This document shows positions 28,286 to 37,887 of a DNA stretch of 64,000 nucleotides, one piece after another. This DNA is from an uncultured bacterium (GTDB lineage: Bacteria; Krumholzibacteriota; Krumholzibacteriia; Krumholzibacteriales; Krumholzibacteriaceae). The stretch spans positions 897,158 to 961,157 of the forward strand of contig CAWBAN010000001.1 in NCBI GenBank assembly GCA_963786935.1, read 5' to 3'. The notes below the pieces were generated by a model. It saw only the letters and a program-made list of their open reading frames with translations, had not been told where the DNA came from and did no database searches. How positions within the stretch are numbered: position 1 is the stretch's first letter; each line of letters begins with the position of its first letter. Made by a program: the position numbers and the translations under genes.

Positions 28286-29383
28286 TTACGCCGGCCGGTA
28301 TTCGAAACGAGCCCGGCACGTCCCCTCGCTCGAAACCATGCACGGCCCGTACGGATTTCGCGGCGTGCAATCCCCGCCGAACAGCGGGCACGTCTCCGGC
28401 TCTGCCTCACCGAGAATCACGAGATGGCAGCGGCAGCCCGGCCGGACGTCCACCGCCGCCGGCGGCTCGGGAAGATCGAGCCGGACGGCCGCGTCGAGCA
28501 TCCGGTATTTCTCGCGCAGAACGAGGCCGGATCTCGGAACCGTTCCGATGCCCCGCCAGGGGACGTCCGCCTCCTCGAATAACCGGGCGATCGCCTGCCG
28601 CGCGCGCTCGTTTCCGTCCTCCCGCACCACGCGCCGGTACTGATTCTCCACCGTCCCCTTTCCTCCCCCCGTGGCCTGGGCGAGCAGCTCCCGAATCGCC
28701 CGCATCACGTCGATCGCCTCGAAGCCCGCGATGACCGACGGGATGCCGAACTCCTCCTCGAGGAACGCGTAGCCGGAGCGGCCGATGATCGCGCTCACGT
28801 GTCCCGGAAGGATGAACCCGTCGATCATTCCGGCGCTTCGGCCGATGAGGAACCGCAGGGCGGGAGGCACCAGGCGCAGGGAGGGAACGATCGAGAAGTT
28901 CCGCGGCGGGTCGTCGGCGAGGGTGGCGGCGATCGGCGCCGCCGTCGTCTCGAAGCCGACCGCCATGAAAACGACCTGCTTGCCGGGATTGAGGCGCGCG
29001 AGACGAACCGCGTCGATGGGCGAATACACGACGCGGACGTCGCACCCCTCAGCCTTCGCGCGCTCGAGGGAGCTCTCCGAGGACGGCACGCGGACCATGT
29101 CGCCGAACGTCGCGATCACGACGTCTTTCCGGCGGCCGGCCGCGAGCGCCCGGTCGATGTCGCGCGCGGGGCACACGCACACGGGGCATCCGGGTCCGGC
29201 GACGAGCCGCACGCCCGCGGGCAGGAGCGCGCGCAGTGACGCGCGGCCGATCGTGTGCTCGTGCGTGCCGCAGACATGCATGAACACGAGCGGCCGCGGG
29301 ATGCGCACACCGCGGATATCGCTCGCGAGCGCCCGAACGAGGGCGGGATCGCGATAATCGCCGATGGCGTCGTCGCCGGTCAC
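28286..29383 (-). CDS. hypD: hydrogenase maturation factor HypD
   Basis: It has MHVCGTHE, GPGCPVCV and FETTAA motifs. 365 aa. Confidence 0.9.
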   Translation of the reverse strand: MTGDDAIGDYRDPALVRALASDIRGVRIPRPLVFMHVCGTHEHTIGRASLRALLPAGVRLVAGPGCPVCVCPARDIDRALAAGRRKDVVIATFGDMVRVPSSESSLERAKAEGCDVRVVYSPIDAVRLARLNPGKQVVFMAVGFETTAAPIAATLADDPPRNFSIVPSLRLVPPALRFLIGRSAGMIDGFILPGHVSAIIGRSGYAFLEEEFGIPSVIAGFEAIDVMRAIRELLAQATGGGKGTVENQYRRVVREDGNERARQAIARLFEEADVPWRGIGTVPRSGLVLREKYRMLDAAVRLDLPEPPAAVDVRPGCRCHLVILGEAEPETCPLFGGDCTPRNPYGPCMVSSEGTCRARFEYRPA

Positions 29384-29616
29384 GAGTCCGTCTCCCCCAT
29401 TCCGGCCCGGTATACCTGCCGGAGGAGCTCCAGCGTTTCGAGCGCCTCCTCCGTGTCGAGCTTTTCGATGGCGTATCCCGCATGTATGAGAACGTAGTCG
29501 CCGACCGATACCGTTTCGAGAAGATCGAGCCGGATGCTCTTGCGCACGCCGGCGCTCTCGGCGACCGCGTCGTTGCCGTCGCGTTCAACGATCAGCATCG
29601 GAATGCCCAGGCACAT
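29380..29616 (-). CDS. hypC: hydrogenase assembly chaperone HypC/HupF
   Basis: The 78-aa protein starts MCLGIPMLIV, with the invariant Cys2. I trimmed the listed 208-aa ORF to this Met, because the upstream part is R-rich junk that overlaps hypB. Confidence 0.85.
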   Translation of the reverse strand: MCLGIPMLIVERDGNDAVAESAGVRKSIRLDLLETVSVGDYVLIHAGYAIEKLDTEEALETLELLRQVYRAGMGETDS

Positions 29617-30278
29617 CACCGTCTCCCCGCCGAGGCGGCGAACGCCTCGATCCAGGCGATCCATCGATCGAATCCCGCTCCCGTCGCGCACGATATTTCG
29701 ATGATTTCGAGCTTCGGGTTGATCTCGAGCGCCTCCCGCTTCGCCTTCTCCATGTCGAACGAGACGTAGGGCGCGAGATCGATCTTGTTCAGCAGCAGGA
29801 GCCGCGACTCCCGGAACATGAGCGGGTACTTCTTCGGCTTGTCGTCCCCCTCGGAAACGCTCAGGAGCATGACGCGGGCGTCCTCGCCGAGATCGAACTC
29901 GGCGGGGCAGACGAGATTGCCGACGTTCTCGATGAAGAGCAGATCGATCGAGCCGAGATCGAGCTGGTGGAGCGCGCCGTGGACCATCGCCGCGTCGAGG
30001 TGGCATACGCCCCCCGTCTCGATCTGGTACACGGGCACGCCGAGCGTGGCGATCTTCTCCGCGTCGGTCCTCGTCTGGATATCCCCCTCGATGACCCCGA
30101 CCCGCAGCTTCCCCGCGAGAAGCGGTATGGTCCGGTAGAGGAGCGACGTCTTTCCGGCGCCGGGCGCGCTCATGACGTTGATCGTCGGAACGCGCCGCGC
30201 CCGGAGCATCTCACGGTTCTCCCCCGCGATCGCCTCGTTCCTGCTCCGGAGATCCTCACCGATCCGAATCTCGTGCAT
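29616..30278 (-). CDS. hypB: hydrogenase nickel incorporation GTPase HypB
   Basis: MHEIRIGEDL is followed by a P-loop (MSAPGAGKTSLL) and a CH...C metal site (GGVCHLD). The start was set at internal M61 of the listed ORF. Confidence 0.85.
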   Translation of the reverse strand: MHEIRIGEDLRSRNEAIAGENREMLRARRVPTINVMSAPGAGKTSLLYRTIPLLAGKLRVGVIEGDIQTRTDAEKIATLGVPVYQIETGGVCHLDAAMVHGALHQLDLGSIDLLFIENVGNLVCPAEFDLGEDARVMLLSVSEGDDKPKKYPLMFRESRLLLLNKIDLAPYVSFDMEKAKREALEINPKLEIIEISCATGAGFDRWIAWIEAFAASAGRR

Positions 30279-30298
30279 ACGATTGCTCCCTTTCGCCG

Positions 30299-30673
30299 TC
30301 AGGCGCCCGCATCTTCCGGCCCGCCGGCGGGGTCGCCGACGAGGATATAATCGACTTCCATCTCCCGCCCGGCGAGGATCTCGATATCCCCCGAACCGCA
30401 CGCCGGGCACCGGAAGACGAAATCGGCGGGATTCGAGTGCGCCCCGCACGCCGCGCATCGCGCGCGCAGCCGCACCTTCTCCACCTCGAGCTCCGCGCCC
30501 TCCGCGGCCGTCCCCTTCGACATCACCTCGAAGGCGAACCGGAGGGCGTCCTCGCTGACGCCGGCCATCTCGCCGATCCGCAGATGCACGACGCGCACGG
30601 GCCCTCCGCCTTCGGTCCGCGCCGCGCGGTCGACGATGGCGAGGAGGTCGCTCATGAGAGACGCTTCATGCAC
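30299..30673 (-). CDS. hypA: hydrogenase nickel insertion protein HypA
   Basis: The N-terminus is MHEASL and there are two CxxC pairs (CAACG...CPACG). Confidence 0.85.
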   Translation of the reverse strand: MHEASLMSDLLAIVDRAARTEGGGPVRVVHLRIGEMAGVSEDALRFAFEVMSKGTAAEGAELEVEKVRLRARCAACGAHSNPADFVFRCPACGSGDIEILAGREMEVDYILVGDPAGGPEDAGA

Positions 30674-31172
30674 CGGTGCTTCTCCTCTCCGAGAGGCCCT
30701 TCGAGACTTTCCGGTGCGGCGCGCCCGTGATCTCCCCGACGATTTCGTCGACGAGGGCCGGGATGACGCCGCTCACCGCTTCCGTGCACTCCTCCCCGAG
30801 CGTCAGGCAATCGGCCCCCTGTACCCCGAAGATAACGACTTCCTCGGGCATATGGAACTCCAAACGCCGCCCGAGCGCGAGTGCGGTGACGAGATCGATA
30901 TCGTGGAAGGAGGCGAGGCGAGGGGTGATCCGGATATCGTCGGGCCGCATCCTGAAAACGTCGCCGGGGCGCTCGCCGTCGAGCTGGATCGCGTCGACGA
31001 TGAACGCCCGGTCGTACCCCTTCAGCATTTCGAGGAGATCGAGGCCGGCGAGCTCGGCCTCGCGGACGTCCGCCGCGCCGCGGAGACGCTCCCCGAGGGC
31101 TCGCGCGACGTAGATGCCGACCCCGTCGTCGCGGAGAATCGTGTTGCCGAGCCCGAGCACGATGGTTTTCAC
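30666..31172 (-). CDS. hydrogenase maturation endopeptidase (HyaD/HybD/FrhD family)
   Basis: It has MKTIVLGLGNTILRDDGVGIYV, AFIVDA and EVVIFGVQG. It lies immediately downstream of the large subunit, whose C-terminal extension (after DPCFSCATH) it would cleave. Confidence 0.85.
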   Translation of the reverse strand: MKTIVLGLGNTILRDDGVGIYVARALGERLRGAADVREAELAGLDLLEMLKGYDRAFIVDAIQLDGERPGDVFRMRPDDIRITPRLASFHDIDLVTALALGRRLEFHMPEEVVIFGVQGADCLTLGEECTEAVSGVIPALVDEIVGEITGAPHRKVSKGLSERRSTGA

Positions 31173-31202
31173 GTTGCGGCGGCCCGTTCCGCCGAGGCGC
31201 CC

Positions 31203-32663
31203 CTACCTCGAGACGGTCCGGATCGTTTCCCCGGCCGCGTTCCTGATCTCGATCGTGAGCGGCATCTGCCCCGGGAGGCTGTGCGTCGCGCAGCTGAAGC
31301 ACGGATCGTAGATCCGGAACGCCATCTCCACCATGTTGAGAAGGCCCTCCTTGACCTCGCCCCCCGCGCCGATGAATTTCTTCGCCGCTTTCCTGACCGC
31401 CATGGATATGGGCGCGTTGTTGTTCGTCGTCCCGACGATGAGATTCGCCTTCGTGACGATCCCCCGCTCGTCGGTCTTATAGTGATGCGTCAGCGTCCCG
31501 CGGGGCGCTTCGACGATCCCGACGCCCTCCGACGGCGTCGTCGACGGAATCACGCGCACGTTCGGATCGAGGATCTCGTCGTCGGCGGCGAGCTCGGCGA
31601 GCCGTTCGGCCGCGTAGAGGAGCTCGATCAGCCGCGCCCAATGCATCGCCATAAGCTTGTGCACCGGCTTGCGGCCGAAGGTGGCGAACATCTTTTCGTA
31701 GGCCGCCTGCGCCCGCGGCGTCGCCATGCCGTCCGCAACGTTGAAGCGGGCGAGCGGCGCCGCCTGGTACAGCGAGGTCCCCACGCCTTCCTTGAACCCC
31801 TGCCACCCGAGCTTCTTGAGATAGGGGAACTTGAGATACGTGTACGGCTCGACGTGCTCCGCGACGTGGTCGAGATACTCGCGCTCGCGGTATCGGTCGA
31901 TCTCCTTCCCGTCGGGATCCACGACGCGCACCGTGCCGTCGTAGAAGGTGACCCGGTTCTTGTCGTCCACGAGCCCCATGTAATTCGTCACGAGCTCGTA
32001 GCCGTCGCCGAGGATGATGTCGAGGTACGTCTTGTTCTTGAGCACGACGTCGTCGAAGAGCTTCAGCCCGAACTCGCCGAACTGGATGAGACCGCTCGTG
32101 TACGCCCGTATCCGGTCCCGGTCCTCGCGCGCGAGCGGCCGCGTGACGCCGCCGGGGAGGTTCCAGACGGGGTGCGTGGCGCGCCCCCCGATCATCTGCT
32201 GAATCAGCTGGCTGATCTCCCGCTGGCGGATGACCTCGCGGCCGACGTCGATGCCGACCTTGTTCACGAGCCCGAGGATGTTGCGCTCGGCGGGCGGGGC
32301 ATCGGGCCCCACGACGAAATCCGGGGCGGCGAGCGCGTAGAAATGCGCCGTATGGCTGTGGATGTAATGCGCCATATAGTACATCTCGCGCAGCTTGGCG
32401 GCCGCCGCGGGAATCTTCACGTTGTATACTGCATCTACGGCCTTACCCGAGGCCATGTGGTGTGCGGCCGGTCAAACACCGCAGATGCGCGTGACCACCC
32501 GAGGGACCTCCTCGACGGGAAGGCCCTCCACGAACTTCTCGAATCCCCGGAGCTCCGGGATCTGGAGGTACGCGTTCTCGACGGCGCCCTCGTCGTTCAA
32601 GAAGATCATGATCTTGCCGTGGCCTTCCAATCTGGTGATCGGGTCGATCGCGATGCGCTTCAT
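31203..32663 (-). CDS. mvhA: [NiFe]-hydrogenase large subunit, MvhA/VhuA (group 3c-like), with in-frame UGA (putative selenocysteine) at 32472-32474
   Basis: Two listed ORFs are contiguous in the same frame and separated only by TGA. The first is the tail of 32472..33662, ending ...MKRIAIDPITRLEGHGK...VPRVVTRICGV. The second is 31203..32456, and it continues PAAHHMASGK... through to ...RIYDPCFSCATHSLPG. Read through, the N-terminal Ni motif is R-I-C-G-V-U-P-A-A-H, which equals RxCGxCxxxH. The C-terminal motif is DPCxxCxxH. Total 486 codons. An annotator ignoring Sec would call a 63-aa fragment plus a 417-aa ORF starting at M 32456. Confidence 0.75.
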
Positions 32664-33613
32664 GCTCTCCTCCTCTTCAGTATCGAAGCAGCGAGGCTGA
32701 ACCGGTGAAAGGTCCTCAGCGGATCCACGACCGTGTCCAGCGTCGCGTTGATATCCCGCTCCTCCTTCGCCTCGATGACGGAGGCGAGCGCGCTCACCAT
32801 CTTGATGCCCTGATCGGGAACATCGTCGAGCGGGCCGTAGCATCCCCGGCACGGCGTCCACGATTTGATGCAGCGCGAGCCGCAGCCGGACCGCGTCGCG
32901 GGGCCGAGGCAGATGAATCCCTGCTCGAGAAAGCAGATTTCCGGCTCGGGGAGCTTTTCGTGGGTCCGGTAAATCCGCTTGATCGTTTTTTCGCTCTTCT
33001 TTCGCTCGCATTCGTCGCAGAGCGCCCGATCCCCCGCCCCGATCACGGAGCCCTTCTTCGGCAGCATGTCGTCGGCGAGGAGCCCGAGCGCCGAATAGAT
33101 TTGGAGCGAGGCCGGCGGACAGCCCGGGATCGTGTAGTCGACGTCGACGACCTGATCGAGCGTCTTCACCGAATTGTAGAGACGCGGGAGCTCGAGATCG
33201 TATCCGCCGTCCTTCGATTGCTCGAGCGGCAGCACGCCCCCCTCGTTCGTCGTGGACTCGGATTCGAGGTACACGCGCTTCATGATCTCGTCCCGCGTGT
33301 ACACGTTCGCGAGCCCCGGCACGCCGCCGAGCTGGGCGCACGCGCCGAGGGCGATCATGGCCTTCGCCTTCTTCCGCAGGAGCAGCGCGATCTCCTCGTT
33401 CTCGGAATTGCGCACCCCGCCGCTGAAGAGCACGGCGTCGAGGTAACCGTCCTTCATGGCGCGAACGTCGCTGTATTTGAAATCCATCGCGACGGGCCAG
33501 AAATAGATGTCGGCGAGGTCGGCGATCTCGAGCAGCTTCTCGTGCGTGTCGAGAATCGCCACGTCGCATCCGCCGCACGCCGCGCCCCAGTATATCCCGA
33601 TCTTGAGCTTCAT
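32660..33613 (-). CDS. mvhG: [NiFe]-hydrogenase small subunit, MvhG-type
   Basis: It has IYWGAACGGCDVAIL, TIPGCPP and distal cluster Cys residues. The 4-bp overlap with mvhA is ATGA. Confidence 0.85.
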   Translation of the reverse strand: MKLKIGIYWGAACGGCDVAILDTHEKLLEIADLADIYFWPVAMDFKYSDVRAMKDGYLDAVLFSGGVRNSENEEIALLLRKKAKAMIALGACAQLGGVPGLANVYTRDEIMKRVYLESESTTNEGGVLPLEQSKDGGYDLELPRLYNSVKTLDQVVDVDYTIPGCPPASLQIYSALGLLADDMLPKKGSVIGAGDRALCDECERKKSEKTIKRIYRTHEKLPEPEICFLEQGFICLGPATRSGCGSRCIKSWTPCRGCYGPLDDVPDQGIKMVSALASVIEAKEERDINATLDTVVDPLRTFHRFSLAASILKRRRA

Positions 33614-34092
33614 CTCGCCTCTCCGGTTGATGCCTGCCGTTCATCGCCGTGATGCGCGACATCCGTTTTCATGCTCTCGAAGAGCGATTCCTTGATCCCG
33701 AGCGGGCCGAGCTTCCTGATTTCCTCGGTGAATTCGTCGACGACGTGCCCGAACCGCTCCCCTTCCGACGCCGAGACCCACTCGAGGCGCACGCGCTCCG
33801 GCTCGATCCCGTACTGCGGGAGCACGCGCTTGAGCATGAGATAGCGCCGGAGCGCCTTGTAGTTGCCTTCCTGATAATGGCAGTCGCCCGGATGACACCC
33901 GCCGATGAGCACGCCGTCCGCCCCCTCGAAGAGCGCCTTGACCACGAACACGGGATCGACGCGGCCGCTGCACATGACGCGGATCGAGCGGATGTTCGGG
34001 CTGTACTTGACGCGCGCCGTTCCGGCGAGATCCGCGCCCGTGTACGTGCACCAGTTACAGAGAAAACCCACGATTCTCGGTTCGAACGCCAT
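33610..34092 (-). CDS. mvhD: methyl-viologen-reducing hydrogenase delta subunit MvhD
   Basis: It has FLCNWCTYTGADLAG, CSGRV and GGCHPGDCHY, which is the MvhD/FlpD [2Fe-2S] signature. Confidence 0.85.
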   Translation of the reverse strand: MAFEPRIVGFLCNWCTYTGADLAGTARVKYSPNIRSIRVMCSGRVDPVFVVKALFEGADGVLIGGCHPGDCHYQEGNYKALRRYLMLKRVLPQYGIEPERVRLEWVSASEGERFGHVVDEFTEEIRKLGPLGIKESLFESMKTDVAHHGDERQASTGEAR

Positions 34093-34118
34093 TCCTCATT
34101 CCTCTCGTGCGAGGGACG

Positions 34119-36098
34119 TCACCCGGCGGACAGGATTCCCTCGATCTCGGCGAAGATCTGCCTGTTGCTGAAATGCTTCGCCCGTATCGCGTTGCTCGGG
34201 CAGGCGGCGACGCACGTGCCGCATCCCTTGCAGAGCGCCTCGTTGATGATCGACACCTTCTTCTCCTCGTCGAACCGGATCGCGAGATACGGACAGAGGT
34301 TGTTGCAGATCCGGCATCCGGAGCATTTCTCCTCCTCGATCTCCGCCGTCGCCGATTCGATTTCGATCTTCTCGCGCATGATCATCGAGAGCACGGCGCT
34401 CGAGGCCGCCGAGGCCTGCGCCACCGTGTCGGGGATGTCCTTCGGCGACTGGCACGCGCCAACGATGAAGACGCCGTCAGTCGCGGTCGACACGGGACCG
34501 AGCTTCGGATGCTTCTCGATGAGGAACCCGTCCTTGCCGATGCTCACGCTGCACATCTTGGCGACCTCGGCGAGCCCTTTCGGCGCCTCGAGGCCCGTGC
34601 AGAGCACGACCATATCGACGGGGATCCGCCGGACGACGCCGACGAGCGTGTCCTCGACGCGCACGACGAGCTTCCCCTGCTCCCCCTCGTGGATCGGCAT
34701 GTCGGTCACTTCGCCGACCTTGCCGCGGATGAACCGCACGTCCTCGCCGAGGAGCCGGTCGTAGAATTCCTCGTATCCCTTCCCGAAGCAGCGGAGATCG
34801 ATGTAGAAGTTGTACACCTCCGCCTTCGTCTTTTCCTTGATGAGATGGGCGAACTTGAGCGCGTACATGCAGCAGACGCGCGAGCAGTACTCGTGGTAAT
34901 CCTTGTCGCGGCTCCCGATGCAGTGGATGATGCCGATCGCCTTCGGCTCGGAGCCGTCGGCGAGGACGATCTTCCCGTTCGTGGAGCCCGCCGCGCAGTT
35001 CATCATCTCGAACTCGAGCGCGGTGACGACGTTCGGGAGAATCCCGTAGCGGTACCGCTTCATGACGGACGGATCGAACGTCTGGAGCCCGGCGGCGATG
35101 ATGATGTTGCCGACCTCGAACTCGTGGATCCGGTCCTCCATGTCGAACTTGATCGCGTGCCGCTCGCAGACCTTCTCGCACGTCCTGCACTTCCCCTTCT
35201 GGAAATAGGTGCAGGTGCTCCGGTCGATGACCGGCACCGCGGGAACGGCCTGCATGAACGGCATGTAGATCGACGTCGTCGGGCCGAGCGAGAGCTTCTC
35301 GTGCGCGTTGCCCTTGCGCGGAACCCGTGTGCCGGGGCATTTCTCCCAGCACATCCCGCACCCGTTGCAGAGCTCGCGGTCGACGTACCGCGCCTTCTCG
35401 CGCACCTTCACCTTGAAGTTGCCCACGAACCCGCTCACCTCGGCGAGCTCGGAGTACGAAAGCAGCGTGATGTTCTTGTGCTGGCCGACCTGCACCATGC
35501 GCGGCGTGAGAATGCACGCGGCGCAATCGAGGGTCGGGAACGTCTTGTCGAATTTCGCCATGTGGCCGCCGATGGACGGATCGCGCTCCACGAGGACGAC
35601 CTCTTTGCCCGCCTCGGCGAGATCGAGCGCCGCCTGAATGCCGGCGATGCCGCCGCCGATGACGAGGGTCCGCGGATTGATCGGAACGACCCGCTTCTCG
35701 AGCGGCTCGAGCCACGTCGATCGCGCCGTCGCGGCCGCGATGAGCGCCTTCGCTTTCTCCGTGGAGGCGGCCTCGTCGAGATGCACCCAGGAGCATTGCT
35801 CCCGGATGTTGGCCATCGTGAAGAGGTACGGATTGACGCCGGAACGCTCGCATACCTTCCGGAAGGTGTTCTCGTGCATGAGCGGCGAGCAGGAAGCGAC
35901 GACCACGCGGTCGACGACGCCCTCCTTGATGTCCTTCTCGATCATCGCCTGGCCGGGATCCGAGCACATGAACTTGTAATCGCGCACGATCGCCACGTTC
36001 TCGAGCCCCTTCGCGAACGCGACGACCGCGTCGATATCGACTTTGCCGGCGATGTTGGTGCCGCAATGACAGACGTACACTCCGATGCGCTCAGCCAT
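34119..36098 (-). CDS. hdrA: heterodisulfide reductase subunit A (HdrA; FAD, multiple [4Fe-4S])
   Basis: The 659-aa protein has YVCHCGTNIAG, an FAD GxGxxG (IGGGIAGIQAALDLAEAG), ferredoxin motifs CNGCGMCWEKCP and CSGCRICNNLCP...CKGCGTCVAACP, and a CCG-like segment. Confidence 0.9.
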   Translation of the reverse strand: MAERIGVYVCHCGTNIAGKVDIDAVVAFAKGLENVAIVRDYKFMCSDPGQAMIEKDIKEGVVDRVVVASCSPLMHENTFRKVCERSGVNPYLFTMANIREQCSWVHLDEAASTEKAKALIAAATARSTWLEPLEKRVVPINPRTLVIGGGIAGIQAALDLAEAGKEVVLVERDPSIGGHMAKFDKTFPTLDCAACILTPRMVQVGQHKNITLLSYSELAEVSGFVGNFKVKVREKARYVDRELCNGCGMCWEKCPGTRVPRKGNAHEKLSLGPTTSIYMPFMQAVPAVPVIDRSTCTYFQKGKCRTCEKVCERHAIKFDMEDRIHEFEVGNIIIAAGLQTFDPSVMKRYRYGILPNVVTALEFEMMNCAAGSTNGKIVLADGSEPKAIGIIHCIGSRDKDYHEYCSRVCCMYALKFAHLIKEKTKAEVYNFYIDLRCFGKGYEEFYDRLLGEDVRFIRGKVGEVTDMPIHEGEQGKLVVRVEDTLVGVVRRIPVDMVVLCTGLEAPKGLAEVAKMCSVSIGKDGFLIEKHPKLGPVSTATDGVFIVGACQSPKDIPDTVAQASAASSAVLSMIMREKIEIESATAEIEEEKCSGCRICNNLCPYLAIRFDEEKKVSIINEALCKGCGTCVAACPSNAIRAKHFSNRQIFAEIEGILSAG

Positions 36099-36975
36099 TG
36101 TTCGCTCCCTCGAATATCCGTTTCATGGGCCCGGTGAGCTTGACCGCGAGCCGGCCGAGGCCGAGATCGCGGAGCGGCAGACCGAGCGAAACGCCGATCA
36201 GCTGGGTGAAATAGAGAACGGGAATCTCGAATTTCGTTTTGAAGAGGCGGTTGACCTTGCCCTGGTACACGTCGAGGTTCATCTGGCAGAGCGGGCAGAT
36301 CGTCACGATGCAGTGCGCGCCGTTCTGCTGCGCGTCCAGGAGGAGGTTCTTGCAGAGCCGGAGCGCGAGATCCTCCTGCGTGCCCATGAGCGACGCACCG
36401 CAGCACGCCGTTTTCATCCGGTAGTCGACGCACTCGCCCCCGAGCGCCTCGACGAGCCTGTTCATCGTCGTCGGCTCGTCCGGATCGTCGAAGCCCGAAT
36501 CGGGCCTCACGATCTGGCATCCGTAGTACGGCGCCACCTTGAGGCCCGCGAGCTTCTTCTTCGTGAGCGAGGCCATCTTCTCGTAGCCGATGTCGTTGCA
36601 GATAACGTCGAGCAGATGCCGCACGCGCAGATTTCCGCTGTAGCTGAGCCCCCCCGCCTCGAGCGCCTTTCCGATCTTTACCCGAAGATCGGGGTAGTCG
36701 GCGAAGTAATGATTCGTCTTGTTGAGCACCGTGTAGCACGCGCTGCACGGCGTGACGACGTCGCGGTGGTGCTTCTCGGCGATCGCGAGATTGCGCGCCG
36801 AGATGGCGAAGCTCATGAGCTCCTTGACCGACATGTACGCGGTCGCGCCGCAGCAGTTCCAGTCCTCGAGCTCCTCGAGCTCGAGCCCCAGCGCGGGCGC
36901 GATCGCGGCGATCGAGTCGCGGTAGATGTTCGCGGTCGCGTTGACGGAGCATCCCGGATAGTAGGTGTATTTCAT
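36091..36975 (-). CDS. hdrB: heterodisulfide reductase subunit B (HdrB), two CCG domains
   Basis: It has YYPGCS...WNCCG...CSACY and YYGCQ...CCGAS...CPLCQ. Confidence 0.9.
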   Translation of the reverse strand: MKYTYYPGCSVNATANIYRDSIAAIAPALGLELEELEDWNCCGATAYMSVKELMSFAISARNLAIAEKHHRDVVTPCSACYTVLNKTNHYFADYPDLRVKIGKALEAGGLSYSGNLRVRHLLDVICNDIGYEKMASLTKKKLAGLKVAPYYGCQIVRPDSGFDDPDEPTTMNRLVEALGGECVDYRMKTACCGASLMGTQEDLALRLCKNLLLDAQQNGAHCIVTICPLCQMNLDVYQGKVNRLFKTKFEIPVLYFTQLIGVSLGLPLRDLGLGRLAVKLTGPMKRIFEGANNG

Positions 36976-37551
36976 CTAGATCTCCCCGAGCTCGTCCACT
37001 TTCCTGAGTATCTTCTTGAGCTGATCCATGTTTTTCATTCGGTGCGGCAGCAGCGGCAGGCGCTTGTTCACGAAAAGCGTCCAGCCCTGCGGCACGAACT
37101 TGAAGGCGTTGAAGAGATCGGCCTCGAGAATGTAGCGCGCCATCAGCTCCGTCTCGTGGTTGCGGCCGTACGTGTTCACCATCCGCGCGAAGTTCTTGGA
37201 AAGAACGACCGCTTTCTTGCCCTTCGTCTTGCCCTCCTTGACGGCGAGCCGCTTCAGCGCGTACATGACGTCCGTGATCTTGATATCCTTCGGGCACCGG
37301 ACCGCGCACGTGTAGCAGGAGGAACAGAACCAGATCGTGTTGGACGACAGCACTTCATCCCGGAAGCCCGCCCTGATGAGGGAAAACATCTTGCGGGGGC
37401 CGTAATCCATCACGTAGCTGAGCGGGCAGGAGCTGCTGCACGTTCCGCATTGGATGCATTTCTTGATCTCCCTCCCTCCGGGCAGCGCGTAGATCTCTGA
37501 GAGGAAATCATGATCAAGCTTGTATTCGGCGACAATGTCCCGGTCGAGCAT
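36976..37551 (-). CDS. hdrC: heterodisulfide reductase subunit C (HdrC), 2x[4Fe-4S]
   Basis: It has CIQCGTCSSSCP and CSSCYTCAVRCP. Confidence 0.85.
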   Translation of the reverse strand: MLDRDIVAEYKLDHDFLSEIYALPGGREIKKCIQCGTCSSSCPLSYVMDYGPRKMFSLIRAGFRDEVLSSNTIWFCSSCYTCAVRCPKDIKITDVMYALKRLAVKEGKTKGKKAVVLSKNFARMVNTYGRNHETELMARYILEADLFNAFKFVPQGWTLFVNKRLPLLPHRMKNMDQLKKILRKVDELGEI

Positions 37552-37887
37552 CGCGACTCCTGATCTTGTTGAGTGGCTCTACGTTTCACGCGGCGTCACA
37601 TGCCGGCTGCCGCCGCTATTCGAGTGACCCATCATACCGATATCTCTTGAAAAGTCAACGATAATGTAAGGGATTCGAGCGGCGGGCGCAACCGCTTTCA
37701 CCCCTGCCGGTTCACAACTCTTTGTCGTATGGATCGATATATCACCGCTTGAGCCCTTCCCCCCTCTTTTGTATTGTCCGGGAAGCCTCCGGCTGCGATA
37801 TTATTGATACGGCGGCCGTTGCCGAATCCGCGGCCCGTTTCGAAATATGTCCTCCGAAGCATGCGCACGGCGGATAAAGGATCCATT

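Noticed and set aside
32456-32474. Treating mvhA as two separate genes: a 63-aa N-terminal peptide ending at TGA, plus a 417-aa ORF starting at ATG 32456.
   Set aside because: The downstream ATG lies inside the putative SECIS hairpin. The 5 codons between the TGA and that ATG (PAAHH) are in frame and supply the conserved His of the RxCGxCxxxH motif. A split at this position would sever the Ni-binding site.
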